Shown here piece after piece: positions 48,469 to 57,857 of a stretch of 64,000 bases of DNA. Position 1 is the stretch's first letter; each line of letters starts with the position of its first letter. Location of the stretch: NCBI GenBank assembly GCA_964483405.1, contig CAZABC010000003.1, forward strand, positions 19,980-83,979, read 5' to 3'. This DNA comes from an uncultured Anaerolineaceae bacterium. Lineage in GTDB: Bacteria; Chloroflexota; Limnocylindria; Limnocylindrales; CSP1-4. Made by a program: the position numbers and the translations under genes. The notes under the pieces are model-generated. The model made no database searches, was not told where the DNA came from, and worked only from the letters and a program-made list of their open reading frames with translations.

Positions 48469-49107
48469 TCAGAGCGGCAGCCGACCGGAGCGCCGGACCT
48501 CGTCGAGCCAGGCGCGCTCGCGCCCGATCGTCGTCGCGGGGCCGTGGCCCGGCAGGACCCGGACCCGGTCGTCGAGCACGGCGAGGCGGCCGAGCGACGC
48601 CGCCATCTCGGCGGCCGAGCCACCCGGCAGGTCGACCCGGCCCCAGCCGCCGGCGAACAGCGTGTCGCCGGCGAGGAGCAGGCCGCCATCGGCGTCGTAG
48701 AGGCAGACCGAGCCCGGGGTGTGGCCGGGGGTGTGGAGGACCGCCAGCCGGAGCGACCCGAAGCGGACCTCGCCGCCCTCGGCGAGCTCGACGGCCGGGA
48801 CCGACGACGGGATGTCGAACGGGGCGAAGAGCGGCTCGGGACGCTCCAGCATCGCCCGGTCGAGCGGGTGGGCCGCGATCGGCGCCCCGGTGTGCGCCGC
48901 GACGGCCGCGTTGTCGCCGATGTGGTCCCAGTGGCCGTGGGTCGAGACGATCAGCCGCAGCGACCAGCCGCGGGCGGCGAGCTCGTCGCTGATCCAGGCG
49001 AGCGAGGGGATGGCCGTGTCGATCGCGATCGCCTCGCGCGAGGCCGGGTCGGCGAGGACGACCGTGTTCGTGGCGAGCGGGCCGACGGACCGGGCCAGGA
49101 GCTCCAT
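48469..49107 (-). CDS. MBL-fold metallo-hydrolase (glyoxalase-II-like)
   Basis: HxHxDH motif (STHGHWDHIG). Internal Met at 49107. Confidence 0.75.
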   Translation of the reverse strand: MELLARSVGPLATNTVVLADPASREAIAIDTAIPSLAWISDELAARGWSLRLIVSTHGHWDHIGDNAAVAAHTGAPIAAHPLDRAMLERPEPLFAPFDIPSSVPAVELAEGGEVRFGSLRLAVLHTPGHTPGSVCLYDADGGLLLAGDTLFAGGWGRVDLPGGSAAEMAASLGRLAVLDDRVRVLPGHGPATTIGRERAWLDEVRRSGRLPL

Positions 49108-49282
49108 CGGGGGGCAGTCTGACAGGGCCGCCCGGACCATGCCGGAGGCCCGCGCGACGGGGTCCCGGCCGGCCCGGGAACGGGCCGTTCGGGACTGCCG
49201 CCCGCGCCGCACCCGGCCTACGCTCCGGACCGAGCCGGCCATCCGGGGCGGATCGGCCGGCGGCCAGGCGGAGGGACGCCCG

Positions 49283-49522
49283 ATGTCGACGATCAAGGTC
49301 AGGCTCGAGGCCTGGGACGACCCCGGGTTCCACGCCGCGTTCGAGGCGGCCCGCGAGCAGGCCTCGGCCGAGGGCATCGCCCTGGACACCCCCGAGGCGG
49401 GGCTGCGGGTCGAGCACCTCCTCGCGGCGGCCGGCTATCCGGGCGTTCGGATCGAGGTCGAGCGGACGGTCGACGAGGCGCTCGCCCACATCGCCCACTG
49501 GACCGTCCACGCGCCGAGCTGA
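49283..49522 (+). CDS. Small hypothetical protein (79 aa)
   Basis: GGAGGGA SD 7 nt upstream of the ATG and a balanced composition (MSTIKVRLEAWDDPGFHAAFEAAREQ...). Confidence 0.4.
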   Translation: MSTIKVRLEAWDDPGFHAAFEAAREQASAEGIALDTPEAGLRVEHLLAAAGYPGVRIEVERTVDEALAHIAHWTVHAPS

Positions 49523-49568
49523 CCGACCGGGCGCGGAGGCCCGGGACGACGGGCCGAGGTCGAGGGAC

Positions 49569-50381
49569 CTAGGTCGACGGACCCGGCGGCGACGGGTCGG
49601 CCGGCATCCCGGGCGGGACGACGACCCCGAACCAGCGCCGGAGCACCGCCGCGAGCTCCGCGTCGTCGTCGATCTCGCGATCCTCGCGGCCCTGGCGCGA
49701 GGTCACGACGAGGTGGCGGCCGTCGAGCGTCGCCCAGCCACCCTTGAGCGCCCGTGAGCAGAGCCAGCCCCGGGTGAACGGCGACGCCGGCGAGGTCCGG
49801 TGGTACCAGCAGGTCGGCTCGAAGTCGGACAGCCGGTGCGGCATCGGGTCGAACCGGAAGTGCGGTCGCCACGTCCCGTCGCCGTGGAGCCACGCCACGT
49901 CGATCTCGCCGCTGCCCTCGACGCGGGCGAGGCTGAACGAGCCCATCGGGTCGGTCTGGACCCGGTCGAGCTCGAGCCGGAGCGGCCAGCGGAATGAGTA
50001 GCCGAAGCCGACGTCGACGAGCCGCGGGCCGTCGGCCTCGACGACGAGGGCGAGGTGGTCGAATGGCGGCCCGAGCCGATCCGCGCCGACGAACGAGCGG
50101 GCCGGGGCGAGGGTGACCCGGAACCCGATCGCCTCGAGCAGCGCCGCGAAGGCGCCGTTGAGCTCGTAGCAGAACCCGCCGCCGCCGGCGACGATCTTGG
50201 CGACGAGCGCCGACGGCTCGAGGACGATCGGCCGCCCGAACCGGACGCTCGCGTTCTCGAACGGGACGTGCTGGAGATGGAGGTCATGGAGCAGGGTGAG
50301 CGACTCGACCGTCGGCGCGAGCGACGACCGGATGCCGAGCCGCCGGAGATAGTCGCGGACCTCGATCCGGTCGAGCGTCAT
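49569..50381 (-). CDS. Arylamine N-acetyltransferase
   Basis: NAT family with catalytic Cys in GGGFCYELN and conserved overall length. Confidence 0.8.
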   Translation of the reverse strand: MTLDRIEVRDYLRRLGIRSSLAPTVESLTLLHDLHLQHVPFENASVRFGRPIVLEPSALVAKIVAGGGGFCYELNGAFAALLEAIGFRVTLAPARSFVGADRLGPPFDHLALVVEADGPRLVDVGFGYSFRWPLRLELDRVQTDPMGSFSLARVEGSGEIDVAWLHGDGTWRPHFRFDPMPHRLSDFEPTCWYHRTSPASPFTRGWLCSRALKGGWATLDGRHLVVTSRQGREDREIDDDAELAAVLRRWFGVVVPPGMPADPSPPGPST

Positions 50382-50403
50382 CGTCGTCGGGCGCTGCCGC
50401 GCC

Positions 50404-50847
50404 TCACCCCTCGAGCTTCGCCCGGATGCAGTCGAAGGTCTGGCCGATGAGCTTGTTCGCCGTCCCCTCGATGAGGCGCGCGCCGACCGAGGCGAGCGTG
50501 CCGGCGATCGCCACGTCGGCCTCCCAGTCCATGACCGTCGACCCGGCGTCGTCGCCGTCGCGGAGGGTCATCGTCGCGGTCGCGTCGGCCGCGCTGCCCG
50601 GCGCCTGCCCGTTCGCCCGGATGACCGCCCGGTCCGGCTCGGCGAGCTCGACCATCGCGATCGTCCCCGTGAAGCGGGCCGAGATGAAGCCCACCCCGAC
50701 CCGGGCGATGGCCCGGTAGTGCGTCTCGTCGAGCCGCTCGATCGACTCGACCCCCGGGCCGCAGGCGCCGACCTTCGTCGGGTCCGACACGAATGCCCAG
50801 ACGGCGTCGCGCGAGGCGGCGATCGGGACGCTGCCGGAGAACTTCAC
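50404..50847 (-). CDS. coxG: SRPBCC-family CoxG-like protein
   Basis: 147-aa CoxG/SRPBCC fold, placed at the end of the cox accessory gene run. Confidence 0.7.
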   Translation of the reverse strand: MKFSGSVPIAASRDAVWAFVSDPTKVGACGPGVESIERLDETHYRAIARVGVGFISARFTGTIAMVELAEPDRAVIRANGQAPGSAADATATMTLRDGDDAGSTVMDWEADVAIAGTLASVGARLIEGTANKLIGQTFDCIRAKLEG

Positions 50848-50920
50848 GCACGACCTCCGCGGGACCCACCGGCGGGGCGCCGGGGTCGGGCGGGAGCGTA
50901 GGGGCTCGGCACCGGCCGCG

Positions 50921-52321
50921 TCAACGCGGCGCCCAGTCGACGATCCCGACGCGGGCCGGCCGGTCCTCGAGGAACCACCGCCCGTCGCGCTCGACCGCCA
51001 GGCGCTCGACGAGCTCCGCGAACCGCCGGTCGGACGGCCCGCCCTCGGCGATCCAGAGCTGGCGCCGGGCGAACCGCTCGAGCGACGCTCGCGACTCGAA
51101 CCCGCGGGGCGGGCGGGCGGTCTCGACGACCCGCGGGTCGCGGCCGCGGAGCCGGAGGAGCTCGACGAGGTCGTCGAGGCCGGGCAGCGGCACCCTCGCC
51201 TCGCCGTGGATCGGCGGCCAGAAGGGATCGACCGCGCCGGACGGCTGGCGGGCCATCAGGATCGCCACGCAGCGGCGCCCGGCGGCCGCCTCCATCGCCT
51301 CGAGGGACGGGCCGATCGCTTCGATGTCGTAGCCGAGGTGGGCCATCAGCGCGACGTCGGCGGCGGGCGGCCGGCCATCGGGCAGCCGCTCGACCGGCCA
51401 GCGACCCTCGACGACCCGGATGTTCGCGATCCCATGGCGCTCCATCCCGACCCGCAGCGCGTCGAGCATCCCGGTCGACGGGTCGAGGGCGATCACCTCC
51501 CGGACGCGGCGCGCGAGCGGCAGGGCGAAGCGGCCGGCACCGGCGCCGATGTCGAGCCAGGTGTCGTCGGGTCGGGCCAGGGCGAGGAGCGCGTCGAGCT
51601 GGGCGTCATCGGTCCGGTCCGGGTCGGCGACGAAGAGGTCGCTCACCGGGCCGTAGAAGTCGGGGCCGTCGGGGACCTCGCGATGGCGGTCGACCTGCTC
51701 GCGGTTGCCGCGGACCCGGAGCGCCCACGCGGCAAGGGCGAGATCGGCCGGGGTGTCGACGTCGGGGTTGTCGCCCTCGACCGGCACCTCGACGACGACC
51801 TCCGGGTGCCGGGCGAGGACGGGCCCGAGCCCGCGGTCGCCGGCGACGTGGTCGACGAGGTGCCAGGCCTCGCGGTGGACGAGCGCCGGGTTCGGGCCGC
51901 CGCCGGCCGCGTAGCGGGGCACGACGACCCCCCGGCCGGGCGGACGCTCCGCGTCGAGGAGCGCCCTGACGACCGCCGGGCGGACGAGCGGCTGGTCGCC
52001 GAGGAGGACGACCACCGCGTCCGCACCCGGGTGTCGCTGGCGGACCGCGTCGAGGCCGACCCGGACCGAGCCAGCGAGACCGGTGTCGGGGTGCGGGTTC
52101 CGGATGACGTCGGCGGACCGCCAGTCGACCGCCGCGTCGATCGCGTCGGCGTCCTCGCCGAGGACGACGACGGTGCCGGCCGACCCGAGCTCGGTCGCGA
52201 CGTCGACGACGTGCTGGAGGACCGGTCGGCCGTCGAGCGGTGCGAGCGCCTTGGGCGAGCCGAAGCGCCGCGCCGCACCGGCGGCGAGGACGAGGGCGAC
52301 GGTCCGACCCGGGTCGGTCAT
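50921..52321 (-). CDS. Fusion protein: MobA/MocA-like molybdenum-cofactor nucleotidyltransferase (N-terminal) + class-I SAM-dependent methyltransferase (C-terminal)
   Basis: N-terminal LVLAAGAARRFGSPKAL (MobA-like NTP-transferase motif). C-terminal LDIGAGAGRF (methyltransferase motif I). Internal Met at 52321 overlaps the xdhC stop (ATGA). Confidence 0.7.
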   Translation of the reverse strand: MTDPGRTVALVLAAGAARRFGSPKALAPLDGRPVLQHVVDVATELGSAGTVVVLGEDADAIDAAVDWRSADVIRNPHPDTGLAGSVRVGLDAVRQRHPGADAVVVLLGDQPLVRPAVVRALLDAERPPGRGVVVPRYAAGGGPNPALVHREAWHLVDHVAGDRGLGPVLARHPEVVVEVPVEGDNPDVDTPADLALAAWALRVRGNREQVDRHREVPDGPDFYGPVSDLFVADPDRTDDAQLDALLALARPDDTWLDIGAGAGRFALPLARRVREVIALDPSTGMLDALRVGMERHGIANIRVVEGRWPVERLPDGRPPAADVALMAHLGYDIEAIGPSLEAMEAAAGRRCVAILMARQPSGAVDPFWPPIHGEARVPLPGLDDLVELLRLRGRDPRVVETARPPRGFESRASLERFARRQLWIAEGGPSDRRFAELVERLAVERDGRWFLEDRPARVGIVDWAPR

Positions 52322-53415
52322 CGGGCGCGCTCGCGCATCGGCGCGCCCGAGCCGCCGAAGCGCGCGGCGACGACCTCGGCCATGATCGCGAGGGCCGTCT
52401 CGGCCGGCTCGCGACCGCCGAGGTCGAGCCCGATCGGGCCCCGCAGGCGATCGAGGTCGGCGTCGGCGACCCCGGCGGCCCGGAGCCGTTCGCGGCGGTC
52501 GGCCTGCGTCTTGCGCGAGCCGACCGCGCCGACATAGCGGCAGCCGCGGCGGAGCGCCTCGACGATCGCCGGCTCGTCGAACTTGACGTCGTGGGTCAGG
52601 ACGGCGACCGCGTCCCGCGGCCCGAGGCCGATCACGTCGGCGACCTCGTCGGGCCAGCCGACGACGAGGCGGTCGACGGCCGGGAACCGCTCGGGCGTCG
52701 CGAACGCGGCCCGGCCGTCGACGACCACCGTCTCGTAGCCGAGCTCGGCCGCGATCCGGACGAGCGACCGGGCGACCTCGACCGCGCCGACGACGACCAG
52801 CCGGGGCCGGACCGGATAGGCCTCCAGGAAGCACGACCGCCCGCCGACCTCGACCGTCCGCGACGTCCCCCGCTCGAGCGCCTCGAGCGCCGCGGCGACG
52901 AGCGCGGCGTCGGCCGCCGCGTCGCCGAGCGACCCATCGAGCCCACCTGCGTCGGTCACGACGAGCGGTGCCTCCGGCGGCGCGCCGGAGCCCGGCTCAT
53001 GCGGCCCGAACGCGGCCGGCGGGGCATCGGGCGGCAGCGGCGTCACGACGACCCGCCCGCCCTCGCCACGCGCGGGCGACCCCGCGGCGTGGGCGACGAC
53101 CGGGGCCACCGCCGGCTCGACGAGGACGTCGATCGTCCCGCCGCAGGCGAGCCCGACGTCCCACGCCGCCTCGTCGCTGATGCCGTAGCGGACGACCCGC
53201 GACCGGCCGGTCGCCCGCGCCCGCTCGATCTCCTCGTACGCGGCCCCCTCGACGCACCCGCCGCTCACCGAGCCGGCGAGCCGGCCGCCCGGGGCGGCGA
53301 GCAGGACCGCGCCCTCGGGGCGTGGCGCCGACCCGAAGGTCCGGACGACGACGGCCCGGCCGACCGGCAGCCCCTCGGCCGTCCAGGCCTCGAGCACGTC
53401 GAGCAGCTCACGCAC
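52318..53415 (-). CDS. XdhC/CoxI-family molybdenum-hydroxylase accessory protein
   Basis: XdhC_CoxI N-domain and Rossmann-like C-domain (LVVVGAVEVARSL). Confidence 0.8.
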   Translation of the reverse strand: MRELLDVLEAWTAEGLPVGRAVVVRTFGSAPRPEGAVLLAAPGGRLAGSVSGGCVEGAAYEEIERARATGRSRVVRYGISDEAAWDVGLACGGTIDVLVEPAVAPVVAHAAGSPARGEGGRVVVTPLPPDAPPAAFGPHEPGSGAPPEAPLVVTDAGGLDGSLGDAAADAALVAAALEALERGTSRTVEVGGRSCFLEAYPVRPRLVVVGAVEVARSLVRIAAELGYETVVVDGRAAFATPERFPAVDRLVVGWPDEVADVIGLGPRDAVAVLTHDVKFDEPAIVEALRRGCRYVGAVGSRKTQADRRERLRAAGVADADLDRLRGPIGLDLGGREPAETALAIMAEVVAARFGGSGAPMRERAR

Positions 53416-54895
53416 GGGTCGTCCTCCCCTCCTCCGGGCCGAGGGGCCGGGCGACCGACGGGTCGCCGGCGCCTGCGAGCGGCCGGGCCACGTCGACCGG
53501 GACGGCGACCTCCGTCGGGCCGGTCGGGCCGTGCTCGTGCGAGGCCGCGACGCCGGCGAGATCGCCGCCGCCGTGCGGGGCGATCGCCGACCGCGCCAGC
53601 CGCGAGGAGCGGGCCGGCTCGCGCGCGCCCGTGAGCAACCGCCCGAGGACCTCGAGCGAGGCGATCGTCCCGGCCGGCACGAAGTCGTCGACGTACGGGT
53701 AGGCGGCCGCCATCCCCGCGGCCAGCGGCTGGTAGCCGGGGGCGCTCGCGAGCGGGTTGAGCCAGATGAGCCGGTGGGCGTTGCGCCTGAGCCGCGCGGT
53801 CTCGGCCCGGACGAGCGCGGGGTCGCCGCGGTCCCAGCCGTCCGAGACGACGATCACGACCCCGCTCGTCCGGAGCGTCCGACGGGCCCAGCGGAGGTTG
53901 AACTCGCGGAAGCTCTCGCCGATCCGGGTGCCACCCGCCCAGTCGGTCACGCTGTCGCTCACGCGGGCGAGCGCCCGGTCGCGGTCGCGGTCGCGCAGGA
54001 GCCGGGTCACCCGGGTCAGCCGCGTCCCGAAGACGAACGACTCGGTCCGGACGGCATTCGCCTCGGTCAGCGCCTGGACGAACCGGAGGAGCAGCCGCGA
54101 GTGCCGCTCCATCGAGCCGCTGATGTCACAGATGACGACGATCGGACGGGGGTGCCGGACCGGCCGCCGCCAGGTCCAGTCGATGAGCTGGCCGCCGCTG
54201 CCCAGGTTCCGCCGGAACATCGCCCGCGGCGCGAGCAGCCGGCCGTGGCGGTGGAGCTCGTAGCGGCGGGTCCGCCGGGTCTCGAGCCGCGGCGCGAGGA
54301 GGTCGATGAGCCGCTCGGCGTCGCGGAGCTCGGCGGCCGACATCCGGTCGAACTCGCGGTGCCGGATGACTTCGCCGCGGCTGTACGCGTCCGGCGCGAT
54401 CCGGATCCCGTCGGGCGCCGCCGCGTCGTCGTCGGTCGCATCGGCGTCGGCCGGCAGCGGCGTCCCGCCGTCGCGCGGCGTCCCACCGACCCGCTCGTCA
54501 CCGGCTTCGGGCGGGGCGGCCGCGGCGGGCTCGCCATCGGTCGGCGGCTCGGCCGCATCGGCGGACGGCTCGGCGGCGTCCGCTGCCGGCAGTCGGGGCG
54601 CGCGGCGCCACCAGCGGGCGAAGACCGCGTCGTACGTCGGGAGGTCGTCGCGCCGTCGGACGAAGACGGCCGCGCCCGACGCCCGCACGAGCTCTCGATC
54701 GGCGAGGCCGACGATCCCGAGAGCCCGGGCGAAGTCGATCTCGGCGACGAGGTCGACCGGCAGCCCGGCCGCCCGCAGCGCCCGCCCGAAGCCGACGGAC
54801 CGGGCGAGCAGCCGCGCGCCGTCGATCGTCTCGCCGCCGAACGGCACGCGGGCATATCGGGCACCGCGGCGGGAGGCGAGCAGGGCCGAGTCCAT
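53408..54895 (-). CDS. coxE: VWA-domain protein CoxE
   Basis: vWA MIDAS-like motif DISGSM and C-terminal region. Start at internal Met 54895, 2 nt after the coxD stop. Confidence 0.75.
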   Translation of the reverse strand: MDSALLASRRGARYARVPFGGETIDGARLLARSVGFGRALRAAGLPVDLVAEIDFARALGIVGLADRELVRASGAAVFVRRRDDLPTYDAVFARWWRRAPRLPAADAAEPSADAAEPPTDGEPAAAAPPEAGDERVGGTPRDGGTPLPADADATDDDAAAPDGIRIAPDAYSRGEVIRHREFDRMSAAELRDAERLIDLLAPRLETRRTRRYELHRHGRLLAPRAMFRRNLGSGGQLIDWTWRRPVRHPRPIVVICDISGSMERHSRLLLRFVQALTEANAVRTESFVFGTRLTRVTRLLRDRDRDRALARVSDSVTDWAGGTRIGESFREFNLRWARRTLRTSGVVIVVSDGWDRGDPALVRAETARLRRNAHRLIWLNPLASAPGYQPLAAGMAAAYPYVDDFVPAGTIASLEVLGRLLTGAREPARSSRLARSAIAPHGGGDLAGVAASHEHGPTGPTEVAVPVDVARPLAGAGDPSVARPLGPEEGRTTRA

Positions 54896-54896
54896 C

Positions 54897-55811
54897 TCAG
54901 CCCGCGGCCGCGACCTCGGCCAGGTAGCCACGGGCCGTGGCGCCGCGGACCTGGCGGACGTCCTCCTCGTACTTGAGGACGACGCCGAGCGTCGCATCGA
55001 CCGTGTCGGGGTCGAGCTCGGCGGCACCGAGGGCCATGAGCGCCGCGGCCCAGTCGAGCGTCTCGGCGACACCGGGGACCTTCGTCAGATCCGCCTCGCG
55101 GAGCCGCTGGACGAAGGCGACGACCGAGCGGGCGAGGTCGGCCGGGGCCCCCGGCACCCGGGCGAGGACGATGTCGAACTCGCGCTGCGCCGACGGGTAG
55201 TCGATCCAGTGGTAGAGGCAGCGGCGCTTGAGCGCGTCGTGGATCTCGCGGGTCCGGTTGCTCGTCAGGATCACCCGCGGCGGGCGGGCGGCCCGGACGG
55301 TGCCGACCTCGGGCACGGTCACCTGGAAGTCCGACAGGATCTCGAGCAGGTACGCCTCGAACTCCTCGTCGGCCCGATCGATCTCGTCGATGAGGAGCAC
55401 CGGCGGCTCGCCGTCCTCTGACCGCTCGAGCGCCTGGAGCAGCGGCCGCTTGATCAGGAACTCCGGGCCGAAGATGTCGTGGGCCTTCGCCCGGTCGATG
55501 TCGCCGCGCGCCTCGAGCAGCCGGATCTCGAGCATCTGGCGCGGGTAGTTCCACTCGTAGACGGCCGTGTTGACGTCGAGGCCCTCGTAGCACTGGAGCC
55601 GGATGAGGCGGGTCCCGAGCGTCGCCGCGAGGACCTTCGCCAGCTCCGTCTTGCCGACGCCCGCTTCGCCCTCGAGGAGCAGCGGCCGTTCGAGCGCGAG
55701 CGCGAGGAACACGGTCGTCGCGAGCGAGCGATCGGCGATGTAGCCGCGTTCGCGGAAGCCGGCCTGCACCGCCTGGATCGTCGGGAGCGGAGAAGCAGTC
55801 GCGTCGGCCAC
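54897..55811 (-). CDS. coxD: MoxR-family AAA ATPase CoxD
   Basis: Walker A GEAGVGKT, Walker B LLIDEIDRA; 304 aa. Confidence 0.85.
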   Translation of the reverse strand: MADATASPLPTIQAVQAGFRERGYIADRSLATTVFLALALERPLLLEGEAGVGKTELAKVLAATLGTRLIRLQCYEGLDVNTAVYEWNYPRQMLEIRLLEARGDIDRAKAHDIFGPEFLIKRPLLQALERSEDGEPPVLLIDEIDRADEEFEAYLLEILSDFQVTVPEVGTVRAARPPRVILTSNRTREIHDALKRRCLYHWIDYPSAQREFDIVLARVPGAPADLARSVVAFVQRLREADLTKVPGVAETLDWAAALMALGAAELDPDTVDATLGVVLKYEEDVRQVRGATARGYLAEVAAAG

Positions 55812-55995
55812 ACCCGAACTCTACACATCGGGCAGCGGAGTGGTCCGCCCGCGTGGTAAGCGTGTCGTCGCCATTCCGTCGGCTCGCTCGGTCGCACCGC
55901 CGGAGCCGCCGGAGGCTTGCGATCCGGCTCCTGAAGGTCCATCCCGTGATCGGGGCCCTCCTCGCCGGCCTGAGGTCGATGCGCGAACAGCGCGC

Positions 55996-56024
55996 TTGAC
56001 AAGCCATTTCCTTCTGGCTATAAA
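55996..56024 (+). promoter_or_regulatory. Consensus σ70-type promoter TTGACA–17 nt–TATAAA driving vapB; transcript predicted leaderless
   Basis: TTGACA at 55996–56001 and TATAAA at 56019–56024 in a locally AT-rich patch. The vapB ATG at 56031 lies 6–7 nt after the −10 element. Confidence 0.6.
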
Positions 56025-56030
56025 CGCCAG

Positions 56031-56324
56031 ATGAAGACCGTCACCATCACCCACGCCAAGAACGGGCTGAGCGCCGTGATCGATCGGGTGCGTGCCGGCG
56101 AGTCGATCCTGCTGACCGATCGCGGGGTCCCCGTCGCCCGCCTCGAGCCTGTCACGACCGGACTCGACCCGGCCGGGCGGCTCGGCCGCCTGCAGCGCAA
56201 GGGCATCGTGCGGGTCGGGGACGCTCCGGCTCCCGTCGATCTGCTGCTCCGGCCCGGACCGCGACTCGCTCAGGACGCGAGCGGGGTCGAGGTCCTGATC
56301 GCCGAGCGTCGGTCCGGCAGGTGA
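56031..56324 (+). CDS. vapB: Type-II antitoxin, Phd/YefM (prevent-host-death) family
   Basis: 97 aa; MKTVTITHAKNGLSAVIDRVRAGESILLTDRGVPVARL is the classic Phd/YefM N-terminus. Confidence 0.7.
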   Translation: MKTVTITHAKNGLSAVIDRVRAGESILLTDRGVPVARLEPVTTGLDPAGRLGRLQRKGIVRVGDAPAPVDLLLRPGPRLAQDASGVEVLIAERRSGR

Positions 56325-56755
56325 GGTTCTGGGACAGCTCGGCCGTCGTCCCCCTCCTGGTCGAGGAGGCCTCGACCGTGCCGGTGACGGCCGCGTACAG
56401 GTCCGACGCCGAGATGCTCGTCTGGTGGGCGACCGAGGTCGAGTGCGTTTCGGCGCTCGCTCGTCTCGAGCGAGCGGGTTCGCTATCCGCCGTCGCGATG
56501 AGCGAGGCCGTCGATCGCCTGACGGCGTTGGCTGCCGCCTGGTCGGTCGTCGACCCGACGGATCGGGTGCGACAGCTCGCGATCCGGCACCTGCGCGTCC
56601 ATCCGCTCCGCGCGGCCGCTGCCCTCCAGCTGGCAGCGGCGACCGTCGGCGCCGAGGATGCCCCCGCTTCGCTCGGCTTCGTGACGCTCGACGCACAGCT
56701 GGCGGACGCCGCCAGGCGCGAGGGCTTCGCGATCCTCGAGCCCCGGCCCGCCTGA
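56321..56755 (+). CDS. vapC: PIN-domain toxin VapC
   Basis: GTG start overlapping the vapB stop (GTGA); N-terminal FWDSSAVV with the first acidic PIN residue. 144 aa. Confidence 0.7.
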   Translation: MRFWDSSAVVPLLVEEASTVPVTAAYRSDAEMLVWWATEVECVSALARLERAGSLSAVAMSEAVDRLTALAAAWSVVDPTDRVRQLAIRHLRVHPLRAAAALQLAAATVGAEDAPASLGFVTLDAQLADAARREGFAILEPRPA

Positions 56756-56762
56756 GCGAGCA

Positions 56763-57842
56763 TCAGCCGTCGGGCGCGTCCAGCTCGCGGGCGTAGGGCG
56801 GGAAGCGGAACCGCATCGAGCGGGTCAGGATGCCGCCGTGGCCGAGGCGGGCGACGGTCGCCCGCGACACCGGCTCGCCGGTCAGCAGCCGCGGCAGGAC
56901 GAGGTCCACGGCCGTCGCGCGCGAATACGCGCCGCAGGTCGGCAGGCCGAGGACGCCCGTCGGCCCGAGGCGGGCCAGCCACAGCATCGAGCCCGGGTGC
57001 GCGGGGACGCCCCGGCTGACCATCCGTCCGCCGAGCCGCTCGATCGCGACGAAGAAGGCGTCGGTCGGGTCGGTCGAGGCGCCGCCCGCCGTCAGGACCA
57101 GGTCGACCCGGTCGGCGCCGCCGCCGCCGCCGCGACGGGAGCGGTCGCCGGCGAACGATGTGAGCGCCTCCGTCACCACCGTGGCGTCGTCGCCGACGTA
57201 ACGGATGGCGACGACCGTTGAGCCAAGACGCTCGACCTTGGCCCGGATGCTCGTCTCGAACCGCGCCCGGGCCGCCCTCGCGACCGTCCCCTTGACGACG
57301 ATGCCCACCCGCTGCGGCCGGTACGGCGCGACCCGGACCACAGGCCCCGAGCGGGCGGCGACCCGCTCCCCCGCCGCGACGGCCGACTCCGGCACGACGT
57401 GCGGGGCGACCTTGACGCTCGCGACGAGCTCCTCGACCGAGACCGCCTGGCCATCGAGCACCGTGAAGACCGCAAGGGCGTCGATCCGGTCGATGCGCTC
57501 GAGGGCGCCGGTCGCGACGTGGACGATGCCGTCGTGCTCGGCGAGCAGGTCGACCCGGCTCTCGGCCGGGCCACGGGCGACGAGCCCCGGCCCGGCGACC
57601 GCGGCCGCGAGCCGGACGGCCGCGTCGTCCTCGTGGAGCTCGCCCGGCTCGATGACGAGCACGGTCGTCCCGCGTGTGCCGGCGTCGCCGACCGGCGCCC
57701 GGGCCAGCGTGTCGAGGTCGGCAGCCGACAGCCGCCGGCCCTTCGCCCAGCGCTCGCCCCCGACCCGCAGGTCGCGGGCCAGGACCGCCCCGAGCAGCGC
57801 CGACGACGAACGACGGCCCAGACGGACCTGCTCGACCCGCAC
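56763..57842 (-). CDS. MoCF-biosynthesis-domain (molybdopterin-binding) protein
   Basis: VDLVLTAGGASTDPTDAFF resembles the GGxGxxxxD fold motif of MogA/MoaB/CinA-N. Its position inside the cox cluster fits a cofactor-handling role. Start uncertain. Confidence 0.5.
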   Translation of the reverse strand: MRVEQVRLGRRSSSALLGAVLARDLRVGGERWAKGRRLSAADLDTLARAPVGDAGTRGTTVLVIEPGELHEDDAAVRLAAAVAGPGLVARGPAESRVDLLAEHDGIVHVATGALERIDRIDALAVFTVLDGQAVSVEELVASVKVAPHVVPESAVAAGERVAARSGPVVRVAPYRPQRVGIVVKGTVARAARARFETSIRAKVERLGSTVVAIRYVGDDATVVTEALTSFAGDRSRRGGGGGADRVDLVLTAGGASTDPTDAFFVAIERLGGRMVSRGVPAHPGSMLWLARLGPTGVLGLPTCGAYSRATAVDLVLPRLLTGEPVSRATVARLGHGGILTRSMRFRFPPYARELDAPDG

Positions 57843-57857
57843 GTCGCCGGGCCGCGG

